Shown here: positions 10,082 to 19,385 of the stretch, one piece after another | Numbering within the stretch: position 1 is the stretch's first letter | How the letters are laid out: every line of letters starts with the position of its first letter | From: Gammaproteobacteria bacterium | GTDB taxonomy: Bacteria > Pseudomonadota > Gammaproteobacteria > SZUA-229 | Reading direction: 5' to 3' | Assembly (NCBI GenBank): GCA_029880105.1 | Contig: JAOUPA010000003.1 | Coordinates: 1-39,258 of the forward strand | DNA length: 39,258 nt | Translations under genes and position numbers: made by a program | Notes under the pieces: generated by a model | What the model was told of the DNA's origin: nothing | The model's database searches: none | What the model saw: the letters and a program-made list of their open reading frames with translations, nothing else

Positions 10082-10839
10082 TATTCAGACGCCGCCTTTT
10101 TACCTTCCACCTGCTCAGAAGTTTTTCCAAAACGTCTTTGACGTGTACCATACCATGCAATAGCTTTTTCTAATGACGTCAGATTAAAGTCAGGCCACAA
10201 GGTATCAGTAAAATACAGTTCCGCATAGGCAATTTGCCATAAAAGGAAATTACTTATTCGGCTCTCGCCACCGGTTCTAATAAACAGGTCAATTGGAGGA
10301 AGATCTGACAGGCATACCTGCTCAGACAGAAGTGATTCATTAATCTCAGATAATGATAGCTCACCAGCCGATAGCTTTTGTGAAATTAACTTACATGCCT
10401 CAACAATATCCCAACGACCGCCATAATTAGCCGCGATAGTAAGATCCAGACCAGTATTGTGGCTCGTCTGGTTTTCTGTTTCATTAATAACAGTCTGTAA
10501 TTTATCTGGAAACGCTACACGGTTACCGATAAATTTTACGCGTACATTCTGCTCCCTCAGCTTCAACATCTCTGATTTCAGTGTTGAAACAAATATCGAC
10601 ATCAATGCATCAACTTCTTTTTGTGGACGGCTCCAGTTCTCACTACTAAAGGCAAAAACAGTTAAAGCCTCAACGCCTAAGTTGGCACAATTTTCAACAA
10701 TGGCACGAGTTGCATTTACACCTGCACGATGACCCGCCGACCTGGGCAAAAATCGCTTTTTCGCCCAGCGACCATTGCCATCCATAACAACGGCAACATG
10801 TCGTGGAACTAAAGAAGAATGTTCATCTTCACTCATCAA
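10081..10839 (-). CDS. uppS: Undecaprenyl diphosphate synthase
   Basis: HVAVVMDGNGRWA, FSSENW and IRTGGESRISNFLLWQ motifs. Confidence 0.98.
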   Translation of the reverse strand: MMSEDEHSSLVPRHVAVVMDGNGRWAKKRFLPRSAGHRAGVNATRAIVENCANLGVEALTVFAFSSENWSRPQKEVDALMSIFVSTLKSEMLKLREQNVRVKFIGNRVAFPDKLQTVINETENQTSHNTGLDLTIAANYGGRWDIVEACKLISQKLSAGELSLSEINESLLSEQVCLSDLPPIDLFIRTGGESRISNFLLWQIAYAELYFTDTLWPDFNLTSLEKAIAWYGTRQRRFGKTSEQVEGKKAASE

Positions 10840-10864
10840 TAACGTTCTCTTATACCCGGCCCGA

Positions 10865-11422
10865 CTAGACTTCCATCAGTTCTTTTTCTTTTATTGCCAG
10901 AACTTCATCTACTTTTGCTACATAGGTATCCGTTAGTTTCTGAATTAAATCTTCTGCACGACGAGCCTCATCTTCAGTAATCTCTTTTTCTTTTAACAGA
11001 TCCTTAAAATCACTATTAGCATCACGACGTATATTACGAATTGAAATTCTGCCATTTTCCGCTTCATTTCTGACCACACGCACCAGGTCCTGGCGACGCT
11101 CCTGTGTTAGCTGAGGCATAGGAATTCGTATAAGGGTGCCCGCCGTTGCAGGATTCAAACCTAAATCCGACTTCATAATCGCCTTTTCAATTGCCTGCAC
11201 CATGGTTTTCTCCCAGGGTGAAATCATCAGCGTTCTTGCGTCTTCAACAGATACATTAGCCACCTGTGTCAAAGGTGTAGCGACACCATAGTAATCAACA
11301 GTAATATGATCGAGCAAACTGGGATGTGCACGGCCGGTACGAATTTTTGTTAGTTCAGTACGCAAAGATTCAACACTTTTACCCATACGAGTTTTTGCGT
11401 CTTCAATAATTTCGTCGATCAT
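10865..11422 (-). CDS. frr: Ribosome recycling factor
   Basis: [12 protein letters not shown] and IRNIRRDAN motifs; ATGA overlap with pyrH. Confidence 0.98.
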   Translation of the reverse strand: MIDEIIEDAKTRMGKSVESLRTELTKIRTGRAHPSLLDHITVDYYGVATPLTQVANVSVEDARTLMISPWEKTMVQAIEKAIMKSDLGLNPATAGTLIRIPMPQLTQERRQDLVRVVRNEAENGRISIRNIRRDANSDFKDLLKEKEITEDEARRAEDLIQKLTDTYVAKVDEVLAIKEKELMEV

Positions 11423-12153
11423 TTAGTATCTCCTATTACAACTTCAGTCCCTATAGACTGATTTACTAAAGCTTCAGGCAAAGCGCCTTCATCGTTTAAA
11501 TTAAAGATTCGTAGCGGCAGTTTATTGTCACGACATAAAACTACCGCAGTGGCATCCATGACCTGTAGATTTTGTTCTAGCACATCATCATAACTTAGCT
11601 TCTCGAAGCGCCTGGCGTCAGGATTCTTTACAGGGTCGGAATCATAAACGCCATTAACCTTGGTCGCCTTCATTATAACATCAGCTTTAATCTCAATAGC
11701 GCGTAAGCAACCGGCTGTATCGGTAGTAAAGAATGGATTACCTGTTCCTGCAGCACAGATAACGACCTGCGAATTTTCAAGATGCGCTATCGCATCACGC
11801 TGAGTAAACTCTTCACAAACTCTCGGCATTGCTAGCGCAGACATGACAACTGCTGGCTGACCAATTTTTTCCAGCGCATCCTGCATTGCCAGGCTATTCA
11901 TTACCGTCGCCAGCATTCCCATACTGTCGCCAGTAACGCGATTCATGCCAGACTGCGCCAGCCCTGCACCGCGGAAAATATTGCCACCACCGATAACTAC
12001 ACCAACTTCGACACCCATGTCGACGACTTCTTTGATTTCCCTGGCAACACGAGCAATCATAGCTGGATCAATACCATAATCCATATTACCCATGAGCGCT
12101 TCGCCACTGAGCTTGAGTAAAACTCTTTTATATAAAGTCGATTTTGTCTTCAT
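11419..12153 (-). CDS. pyrH: UMP kinase
   Basis: [15 protein letters not shown] and [10 protein letters not shown] motifs. ATG 12153 is preferred to the ORF-track start at 12177, which falls in the terminator U-tract. Confidence 0.97.
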   Translation of the reverse strand: MKTKSTLYKRVLLKLSGEALMGNMDYGIDPAMIARVAREIKEVVDMGVEVGVVIGGGNIFRGAGLAQSGMNRVTGDSMGMLATVMNSLAMQDALEKIGQPAVVMSALAMPRVCEEFTQRDAIAHLENSQVVICAAGTGNPFFTTDTAGCLRAIEIKADVIMKATKVNGVYDSDPVKNPDARRFEKLSYDDVLEQNLQVMDATAVVLCRDNKLPLRIFNLNDEGALPEALVNQSIGTEVVIGDTK

Positions 12154-12175
12154 AACACTTCCAAACGGGTTACAC

Positions 12176-12201
12176 AAAAAACCGGGATATTATTCCCGGT
12201 T
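12176..12201 (-). terminator. Rho-independent terminator of rpsB-tsf
   Basis: Minus strand reads AACCGGGA-ATAATA-TCCCGGTT followed by TTTT, 27 nt after the tsf stop. Confidence 0.85.
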
Positions 12202-12228
12202 CTTCGTTTGTTACATTAGCCAATCCGC

Positions 12229-13116
12229 TCAGCTGGCACCTACTTGCGCCATTACTTCATCGGCGAAGTTTTCTACTTTCTTCTCGATACCTTCACCTAC
12301 TTCGTATCTGACAAAACGGATTACTTTTGCGCCAGCATCGCTCAACAAAGCACCGACTGTTTTGTCAGGATCTTTAACAAATGGCTGACCAACCAGTGTG
12401 ATATCTGCAAGATATTTTCGAATTCTTCCATCCAGCATTTTTTCAACGATGTCAGCAGGCTTACCGCTCTCCAGCGCCTGCGCACGAAGAATTTCTTTTT
12501 CCTTCTCTAATGTTTCAGGAGAAACATTCTCTTCAGAGACACACATTGGATTACTTGCGGCGATATGCATTGCAACGTCTTTAATCAGTGCATCGCTACC
12601 ATTTTCCATTTCAACCAACACGCTCATGCGTGTTCCGTGCGCATAACTACCGAAGGCACCGTTTGATGTCTCAAGAAGCTCAAAGCGACGCACCTGAATA
12701 TTCTCACCAATCTTGGCTACCATAGCCTGACGAGTTTCTTCAATAGTGCCTTCACCTCCAGCGATAGGTAGCGCAACCAGTGCCTCTACAGAAGCTGGCT
12801 GGTTAGCCAGTGCCGTTTTAGCTACTGATGAAGCGAATGACATAAAATCATCACCACCAGAAACAAAGTCTGTTTCACAGTTAACTTCAACAATAACGGT
12901 TTTCTTGCCATCTTCACTGATTTCAATAGCAACACGGCCTTCAGCAGCAACACGGCCAGATTTCTTATCAGCCTTGGCAAGGCCAGACTTGCGCATATTT
13001 TCAATTGCTGTATCAATATTACCTTCCGCTTCCTGCAGGGCTTTTTTACATTCCATCATGCCTGAACCAGTACGCTCACGCAGCTCTTTAACCATAGACG
13101 CTGTAATCTGCATCAT
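12229..13116 (-). CDS. tsf: Translation elongation factor Ts
   Basis: [27 protein letters not shown] and [11 protein letters not shown] motifs. Confidence 0.98.
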   Translation of the reverse strand: MMQITASMVKELRERTGSGMMECKKALQEAEGNIDTAIENMRKSGLAKADKKSGRVAAEGRVAIEISEDGKKTVIVEVNCETDFVSGGDDFMSFASSVAKTALANQPASVEALVALPIAGGEGTIEETRQAMVAKIGENIQVRRFELLETSNGAFGSYAHGTRMSVLVEMENGSDALIKDVAMHIAASNPMCVSEENVSPETLEKEKEILRAQALESGKPADIVEKMLDGRIRKYLADITLVGQPFVKDPDKTVGALLSDAGAKVIRFVRYEVGEGIEKKVENFADEVMAQVGAS

Positions 13117-13173
13117 TTCACCTCTTTAGAAAAAATTAATAATCAGGGAATCAGACAGCCACTTATTAGCGGC

Positions 13174-14094
13174 TTATTCTTCATCCTTTGCAGCAGCCTT
13201 TTTCTTAGGAGCAGCTTTCTTTTTAGGCGCAGCTTTCTTTTTAGGCGCTGCCTTCTTCTTAGGTGCAGGAGCATCTGCAGCCTCTTCTGTACCAGCTTCT
13301 ACTTCCTCTTCAGCTGTTGCTACAGATGCAGCCTTTTTAGGTGCAGCCTTTTTCTTTACAGCAACTTTAGTTTTTTCTTCTGCAGCTGGCTCCTCTGCTC
13401 TTTGAATCACTGCAGCAGCACGGCCTTCAATAACTGCATCAGCCACTCCCTGTGTATACAGAAGCAGCGCTTTAATCGCATCATCATTACCAGGAATAAC
13501 GTAATCAATGCCATCAGGAGAGTTGTTTGTATCGACAATACCAAAAACAGGGATACCCAGTACATTTGCTTCCTGCACGGCAATATCTTCATGACCTACA
13601 TCGATAACAAAAACGGCATCAGGCAGGCCTTTCATATTCTTGATACCACCAAGAACTTTTTCTTTCTTTTCCATTTCGCGCTTCAGACCCAGCGCCTCTT
13701 TCTTGATCAAACGATCAAAAGATCCATTCGTTGACATTTCTTCAAGCTCGATCAGTCGCTGAATTGACTGACGAATTGTCGCAAAGTTGGTCAACATACC
13801 ACCCAACCAGCGGTGATTAACATAAGGCATACCACAACGTTCTGCTTCTTCGCCTACAATCTTGCGCGCAGCGCGTTTTGTACCAACGAAGAGGATAGTG
13901 CCTCTGTTTGATGCAATCTTGCCAAGGGCATTAATTGCGTCATTGTACATGGGCAATGTCTTTTCAAGATTGATAATATGAATTTTATTACGTGCACCAA
14001 AGATGTACTCAGACATTTTTGGATTCCAGAAACGAGTTTGGTGACCGAAGTGAACGCCTGCTTCAAGCATCAGACGCATAGATACATTTGACAT
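13174..14094 (-). CDS. rpsB: 30S ribosomal protein S2 with long Ala/Lys/Glu-rich C-terminal extension
   Basis: [28 protein letters not shown] and IPGNDDA motifs; 306 aa. Confidence 0.98.
   Translation of the reverse strand: MSNVSMRLMLEAGVHFGHQTRFWNPKMSEYIFGARNKIHIINLEKTLPMYNDAINALGKIASNRGTILFVGTKRAARKIVGEEAERCGMPYVNHRWLGGMLTNFATIRQSIQRLIELEEMSTNGSFDRLIKKEALGLKREMEKKEKVLGGIKNMKGLPDAVFVIDVGHEDIAVQEANVLGIPVFGIVDTNNSPDGIDYVIPGNDDAIKALLLYTQGVADAVIEGRAAAVIQRAEEPAAEEKTKVAVKKKAAPKKAASVATAEEEVEAGTEEAADAPAPKKKAAPKKKAAPKKKAAPKKKAAAKDEE
13192..13263 (-). repeat. Four imperfect 18-bp coding tandem repeats (PKKKAA x4) in rpsB
   Basis: CCT AAR AAR AAR GCN GCN repeated four times, differing only at synonymous positions. 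Confidence 0.9.
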
Positions 14095-14110
14095 AATAAC
14101 TCCTAATTAA

Positions 14111-14197
14111 GGGTTAGGCCTCCATACACCCCATGCGATAACCCTCTAAATGTAATATTTAGTCGGCACCCAACCACATGTGACGGTATATGTGCGA
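14111..14197 (-). ncRNA. t44: t44 / ribosomal S2 autoregulatory leader RNA
   Basis: Minus strand reads CGCACATATACCGTCACATG..GGGTGCC..GGGT..ATGGGGTGTATGGAGGCCTAACCC directly upstream of the rpsB RBS (AGGAG). It matches the conserved GGGUGCC and UGGAGGC..AACCC blocks of t44. Confidence 0.85.
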
Positions 14198-14264
14198 AGT
14201 AAAATTAGATATAGTCTGTCTCAGGACAGTTGCTATACCCGGTTAATGCTCAGGTAAACCCTGA

Positions 14265-14303
14265 GCGCGGCGGCTTTATACCATATTGAGAACGAAGAAA
14301 CAA
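14265..14303 (-). promoter_or_regulatory. rpsB sigma70 promoter with GC-rich discriminator
   Basis: TTGTTT (14303-14298), 17-nt spacer, TATAAA (14280-14275) preceded by TGG, then GCCGCCGCGC. Resembles the E. coli rpsB extended -10 promoter. A hairpin GCTCAGG-N5-CCTGAGC at 14248-14266 starts the leader. Confidence 0.75.
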
Positions 14304-14369
14304 CCGTTTGCGGCCTGCACAGCAGGCCACAAACATATGATAACATATTGATTAATAAAGAATTATATC

Positions 14370-15137
14370 GTGAACATACAGATAAAAAATAAACAGGAAA
14401 TTGAAAAAATGCGCATCGCTGGCCGGCTGGCTGGTGAAGTCCTGCAAATGATCCGCCCCTACGTCAAGGCTGGCATTACAACCAATGAACTCGACAAAAT
14501 CTGTCACGACTACATTGTTGACGTGCAAAATGCCATTCCAGCACCACTGAATTACCACGGATTTCCAAAATCTATCTGTACCTCGGTCAACCACCAGGTC
14601 TGCCACGGTATTCCCAGCGATAAAAAGCTCAAGAATGGCGATATCATCAATATCGACATCACGGTGATCAAAGACGAGTTCCACGGTGATACCAGCAAGA
14701 TGTTTTTTATTGGAGAACCCCCGATCAAGGCCGCTCGCGTATCACAGGTCGCCCTGGACTGCCTGAAACTGGGTATCGAACAGGTCAAACCCGGCGCACA
14801 TCTGGGTGACATTGGCCACGTCATTCAGCAGCATGCCGAATCAAATAACTGTACCGTAGTCAGGGAATACTGCGGTCATGGCATCGGTCGCAGCTTCCAT
14901 GAAGAACCACAGGTACTGCATTACGGTAAAGCTGGCACCGGTGTACAACTCGAACCCGGAATGATCTTTACCATCGAACCAATGATTAATGCTGGAAAAC
15001 GCAACGTAAAACTACTCAATGATAACTGGACGGTGGTCACCAAGGACCATAGTCCATCAGCACAGTGGGAACACACTATCCTGGTTACAGAGACCGGTTA
15101 CGAAGTTCTGACCCAATGTCCCGGGGATGAAATCTAA
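14370..15137 (+). CDS. map: Methionine aminopeptidase type I
   Basis: ICTSVN..VCHGIP, NIDITV, HGDTS, GHGIG.FHEEP, TIEPM and AQWEHT motifs; divergent from rpsB as usual; GTG start. Confidence 0.98.
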   Translation: MNIQIKNKQEIEKMRIAGRLAGEVLQMIRPYVKAGITTNELDKICHDYIVDVQNAIPAPLNYHGFPKSICTSVNHQVCHGIPSDKKLKNGDIINIDITVIKDEFHGDTSKMFFIGEPPIKAARVSQVALDCLKLGIEQVKPGAHLGDIGHVIQQHAESNNCTVVREYCGHGIGRSFHEEPQVLHYGKAGTGVQLEPGMIFTIEPMINAGKRNVKLLNDNWTVVTKDHSPSAQWEHTILVTETGYEVLTQCPGDEI

Positions 15138-15148
15138 TCCATTTCGAT

Positions 15149-17833
15149 ATGACATATCATCGATATTACGATTCTATGGCTGATCAAATCGATCAATTGG
15201 TCGATTTAACCAGGCTGAAAACAGCACTGGAAAAAAAACCTGCGGACATCCTTACCGAGCTAAAGCAAGCAGTATCGGATACCAATACAGGATTAAAAAA
15301 ACTGTACCAGAGTGGTACAGAGGTTGAAGCCATTGTTTTTGGCCGAGCACACCTTGTTGATCAACTACTGATTATCGTTTTCGAACATCTATTTCATGAT
15401 ATTCACCAGAATATCTCACTCGTGGCTGTTGGTGGTTATGGACGAGGTGAACTGCACCCTGCTTCTGATGTCGATTTAATGCTGCTACTCGATGATGAAG
15501 AAAATGAGCAGACCAAAGACGCACTCGAACGTTTCCTGACCCTGTTATGGGATAGCCGATTAGAAATCGGCCACAGTGTTAGAACACTCAAGGAGTGTAT
15601 TACGGAAGCTGAAAAAGATATAACTGTTGCCACCAACATTATGGAAGCGCGTCTACTTTGTGGTGATAAAAATCTTTTCGAACAAATGAAGTCCGAAACC
15701 GGACCGGATTCGATCTGGGATAACCAGTCGTATTTTCAGGCCAAGCTTCAAGAACAGCTGCAACGTAGCGGCAAATTCAATGACACTGCATACAGCCTTG
15801 AACCCAATATCAAGGAAAGCCGTGGTGGCCTACGTGATATTCAGATGATTGGCTGGGTTGCCAAGCGCCACTTCAATACGGAAAGCATGCAAGGGCTAGT
15901 GGAAAAAAACTTTTTACAACAAAAGGAATTAAATGACCTGCTCGATGGACAGCACCTGCTCTGGCGAATCCGCTGTAGCCTGCATTACCTAGCTGGTCGC
16001 CGCGAAGATCGACTACTGTTTGACTACCAACGTGACCTGGCCTATGAATTTGGCTTCAAGGATGATGAGAACAATCGCAACAATCAGGCCATCGAACAAT
16101 TCATGCAGCAATATTACCGAACGGTAATAAAACTTGAGCGACTCAATGAGATGCTGCTGCAATTATTCAGGGAGGCAATACTGTATGCCAATGAAGAATG
16201 TGTGCCTGTCATCATTAATGATGTATTCCAGACTCGTCATGGGTATCTGGAAACACGTGATGAAAATATCTTTAAAAGTGAGCCGGCCACACTACTCGCA
16301 CTCTTCTTCATAATGCAGGAACACCCTGAAATTCAGGGAGTGCGTGCCGAAACCATACGTCTTATTCGCGAACACAGTTACCTGATCAATGATGAGTTCA
16401 GGGCCTCAAATACCGCTAAAAACTTGTTCATAAAAATCATCAGCAATAGCCGCGGTGTTACCCATGAACTCAGAAGAATGAATCGCTACGGTATTCTCGC
16501 CGCCTACATTCCCGCTTTTGATTCTATTGTTGGCAGAATGCAATATGATTTATTTCATGCTTACACGGTAGATCAACACACCTTATTTTTGATTCGAAAT
16601 TTACGCCGGTTTTCCGTGCCCGAATTCTGCCACGAATTCCCGCTGGCCAGCGGCATCTTCCACCACCTGAAAAGACCCGAACTGCTTTATCTCGCTGGAT
16701 TATTCCATGATATAGCCAAAGGCAGGCAGGGCGACCATGCCATTCTTGGCGCCGAAGATGCACTGGCCTTTTGCATCAACCACAACATGAAACCCAATGA
16801 CGCTGAACTCGTCAGTTGGCTGGTTCGTCATCACCTGACCATGTCGATGACAGCCCAGCGCAAGGATATCAGCGACCCGGATGTTATCCGGGATTTTGCA
16901 GAAACCGTCCGTAATATTCCACGGCTTGATTATCTCTACCTGCTTACTATTTCTGATATTCGAGCAACCAATCCAAATCAATGGAATAGCTGGAAAGACA
17001 ATCTGCTCATCGAGCTTTACAACAAAACAGCTGCAGTATTACGCATTGGTCTTGAGGCACAAGCAGACAAACTGGAAAACATACAGCTAAACCAGACGGA
17101 TGCCCTGCGCATGCTTGATCTCAAGGGCGTGAGCAATCATCAGGCACACAAGATATGGAAGAACCTTAACAACGAATATTTCCTTCGACACACACCCGGT
17201 GAAATTGTCTGGCATACACAGCTGATATTTAATAAAGAACCAAACTCTGGCCCATTGGTAAAGACCCGTATCAATAACCAGTCAGAAAGCCTTGAACTTT
17301 TTGTCTACACGCCTTCCAGAGAAGGCATCTTTGCAACCGTAGTTAATTCAGTCGGACAGCTTGGTCTCGATATCGTCAGCGCTGAAGTGGTTGACTGCAA
17401 AAATGATTACGCACTCGAGACGTTCAAAATTATTTCTGACAACTACACACTCGACGTACTGGAACACAGCGTCAATGAAATGCTGCCAGATCTATGCAGG
17501 AAACTTTCAGACAAAGAAACCCGATTTACCGAAACCAGCCAGGCCACACCACGATCACACCGCCACTTTGATATACCCACCATTATCAACTTTGAAAAAA
17601 CCAAAGAGCCAAAAACTGTACGCATCCATATTGATACTGTCGACCGCCCTGGTGTACTGACCAATATCGCCCGGGCATTTATTGATTGCGACATCGATAT
17701 TCTTAGTGCGAAGATATCGACTGCTGGTGAAAAAGCGCTTGATTATTTTGATATTCGTCACAAGGACACCCGCAAAATACTCGACGAGGCCTTGCAGGAA
17801 AAACTAAAATCAACCTTACTCAATTATTTATAA
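15149..17833 (+). CDS. glnD: [Protein-PII] uridylyltransferase / uridylyl-removing enzyme
   Basis: AVGGYGRGELHPASDVD nucleotidyltransferase motif, LEPNIKE.RGGLRD, HD domain (HAYTVDQH, LFHDIAKG) and two C-terminal ACT domains. Start may be ATG 15176. Confidence 0.97.
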   Translation: MTYHRYYDSMADQIDQLVDLTRLKTALEKKPADILTELKQAVSDTNTGLKKLYQSGTEVEAIVFGRAHLVDQLLIIVFEHLFHDIHQNISLVAVGGYGRGELHPASDVDLMLLLDDEENEQTKDALERFLTLLWDSRLEIGHSVRTLKECITEAEKDITVATNIMEARLLCGDKNLFEQMKSETGPDSIWDNQSYFQAKLQEQLQRSGKFNDTAYSLEPNIKESRGGLRDIQMIGWVAKRHFNTESMQGLVEKNFLQQKELNDLLDGQHLLWRIRCSLHYLAGRREDRLLFDYQRDLAYEFGFKDDENNRNNQAIEQFMQQYYRTVIKLERLNEMLLQLFREAILYANEECVPVIINDVFQTRHGYLETRDENIFKSEPATLLALFFIMQEHPEIQGVRAETIRLIREHSYLINDEFRASNTAKNLFIKIISNSRGVTHELRRMNRYGILAAYIPAFDSIVGRMQYDLFHAYTVDQHTLFLIRNLRRFSVPEFCHEFPLASGIFHHLKRPELLYLAGLFHDIAKGRQGDHAILGAEDALAFCINHNMKPNDAELVSWLVRHHLTMSMTAQRKDISDPDVIRDFAETVRNIPRLDYLYLLTISDIRATNPNQWNSWKDNLLIELYNKTAAVLRIGLEAQADKLENIQLNQTDALRMLDLKGVSNHQAHKIWKNLNNEYFLRHTPGEIVWHTQLIFNKEPNSGPLVKTRINNQSESLELFVYTPSREGIFATVVNSVGQLGLDIVSAEVVDCKNDYALETFKIISDNYTLDVLEHSVNEMLPDLCRKLSDKETRFTETSQATPRSHRHFDIPTIINFEKTKEPKTVRIHIDTVDRPGVLTNIARAFIDCDIDILSAKISTAGEKALDYFDIRHKDTRKILDEALQEKLKSTLLNYL

Positions 17834-17840
17834 CAATAAA

Positions 17841-18968
17841 ATGTCAGACACACTAGATCTCGCCAAAGCACTTATCTCTCGCCCTTCAGTTACGCCAGAT
17901 GACCAGGGCTGTCAGTCTTTAATCGCTGATTATCTTGCACCTCTTGGTTTCAATATCGAACCAATGAAGTTTGGCGACGTCAATAATCTCTGGGCAAGAT
18001 TTGGCAGCGAAGGCCCACTATTTGTCTTTGCCGGTCACACTGATGTTGTTCCCACCGGGCCTGTCGCTCGCTGGTCACACCCACCGTTTGAACCAACGAT
18101 TATCGACGATACCCTCTATGGCCGAGGTGCTGCCGATATGAAAAGCAGTATCGCCGCCATGATGGTGGCCTGCAGAGATTTGATCAAATCGGGCACCCCC
18201 ATCAAAGGCTCTATTGGATTTCTCATTACCAGTGACGAAGAAGGTCCAGCCCACGATGGCACGGTTCGCGTCATCGAGACACTTGAAACACGTAATGAAA
18301 AAATCAAATGGTGCCTGGTCGGTGAACCTTCATGCACAAACAAAATCGGTGATGTCATCAAAAATGGACGACGTGGTTCAATTTCAGGCACACTCACCAT
18401 TCATGGCCTACAGGGGCACATTGCCTACCCTTATCTGGCCAGCAACCCAATTCACCTGTTCAGTCCTGCACTCAATGAACTGGTATCAGAACACTGGGAC
18501 AATGGTAATGAGTTTTTCCCACCAACCTCCTTCCAGATATCTAATATTAATGCGGGTACTGGCGCCACTAACGTCATACCCGGTGACCTCGTTGTACAGT
18601 TCAACCTGCGCTTCTCAACTGAACTCAAACATACCGATATCCAGTCTCGTATCGAGAATATACTGAATAAATATGATTTCAAGTACACACTAAACTGGGA
18701 GCTGTCCGGTCAGGCATTCCTGACACCGAGTGGCGAACTGGTCGATGCAGCACGAGAGGCCATCAAACAGATTTGCGACATTGATACTGAGCTGTCAACC
18801 GCAGGTGGAACCTCTGATGGCCGCTTTATTGCACCAACTGGTGCACAGGTAGTGGAGATCGGCCCGCTGAATGAGAGCATTCACAAGATTGATGAAAATA
18901 TTAATATTAAAGATCTAGAAAAATTAACCGAAATATACAAAAACATCCTTATCACATTGATGACATAA
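17841..18968 (+). CDS. dapE: Succinyl-diaminopimelate desuccinylase
   Basis: FAGHTDVVP, GRGAADMK, TSDEEG, GEPS, GGTSDGRFI and IHKIDE motifs. Confidence 0.96.
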   Translation: MSDTLDLAKALISRPSVTPDDQGCQSLIADYLAPLGFNIEPMKFGDVNNLWARFGSEGPLFVFAGHTDVVPTGPVARWSHPPFEPTIIDDTLYGRGAADMKSSIAAMMVACRDLIKSGTPIKGSIGFLITSDEEGPAHDGTVRVIETLETRNEKIKWCLVGEPSCTNKIGDVIKNGRRGSISGTLTIHGLQGHIAYPYLASNPIHLFSPALNELVSEHWDNGNEFFPPTSFQISNINAGTGATNVIPGDLVVQFNLRFSTELKHTDIQSRIENILNKYDFKYTLNWELSGQAFLTPSGELVDAAREAIKQICDIDTELSTAGGTSDGRFIAPTGAQVVEIGPLNESIHKIDENINIKDLEKLTEIYKNILITLMT

Positions 18969-18989
18969 AAACGTCATCTGGAGACACAC

Positions 18990-19373
18990 ATGAACCTCGA
19001 AAAAGTCGTATTCAGTTTCTTTATGATACTGGCACTAACACTGAACTTCGGTTTCTTCTATGGTGAAGTCGCCAACCCGGACCATCACAATATCTACGAA
19101 TTATTTGCTGTCATTGTCATCAACCTTATCGCCACTGTACTTAAATTTGGCGATCGATCACAACTCGGCGCCATGTTGCTGGCGACCAGTCTCGTTGCCG
19201 TTGCTCAATTAATATCTGCCTCTATTGTCTGGACCTTTGCAGTACATGTTCAGGAGACAGGGTTGACACCTACAGTTGTAGCAACCATCGTCTCACTCAG
19301 CGGCGGCGCCTTTCTTGCCAATATCATCTCCGTTATTTTATTGATGATTGAAGCCGCCATGCTCCGTCACTAA
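18990..19373 (+). CDS. Small 4-TM membrane protein, DUF6394-like
   Basis: GGAGA RBS and four hydrophobic segments. The pattern MNLEKV..FF..LALTLNFGFF.G...HH..YELF...LIATVLKFGDR is recalled as DUF6394 (not searched). Confidence 0.75.
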   Translation: MNLEKVVFSFFMILALTLNFGFFYGEVANPDHHNIYELFAVIVINLIATVLKFGDRSQLGAMLLATSLVAVAQLISASIVWTFAVHVQETGLTPTVVATIVSLSGGAFLANIISVILLMIEAAMLRH

Positions 19374-19385
19374 GAGCCGACTGCC

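Noticed and set aside
13192-13263. Tandem repeats as a CRISPR-like array
   Set aside because: In-frame coding repeats without spacers, and no cas genes are present.
14352-14684. 110-aa antisense ORF over map
   Set aside because: Shadow frame of the conserved map gene.
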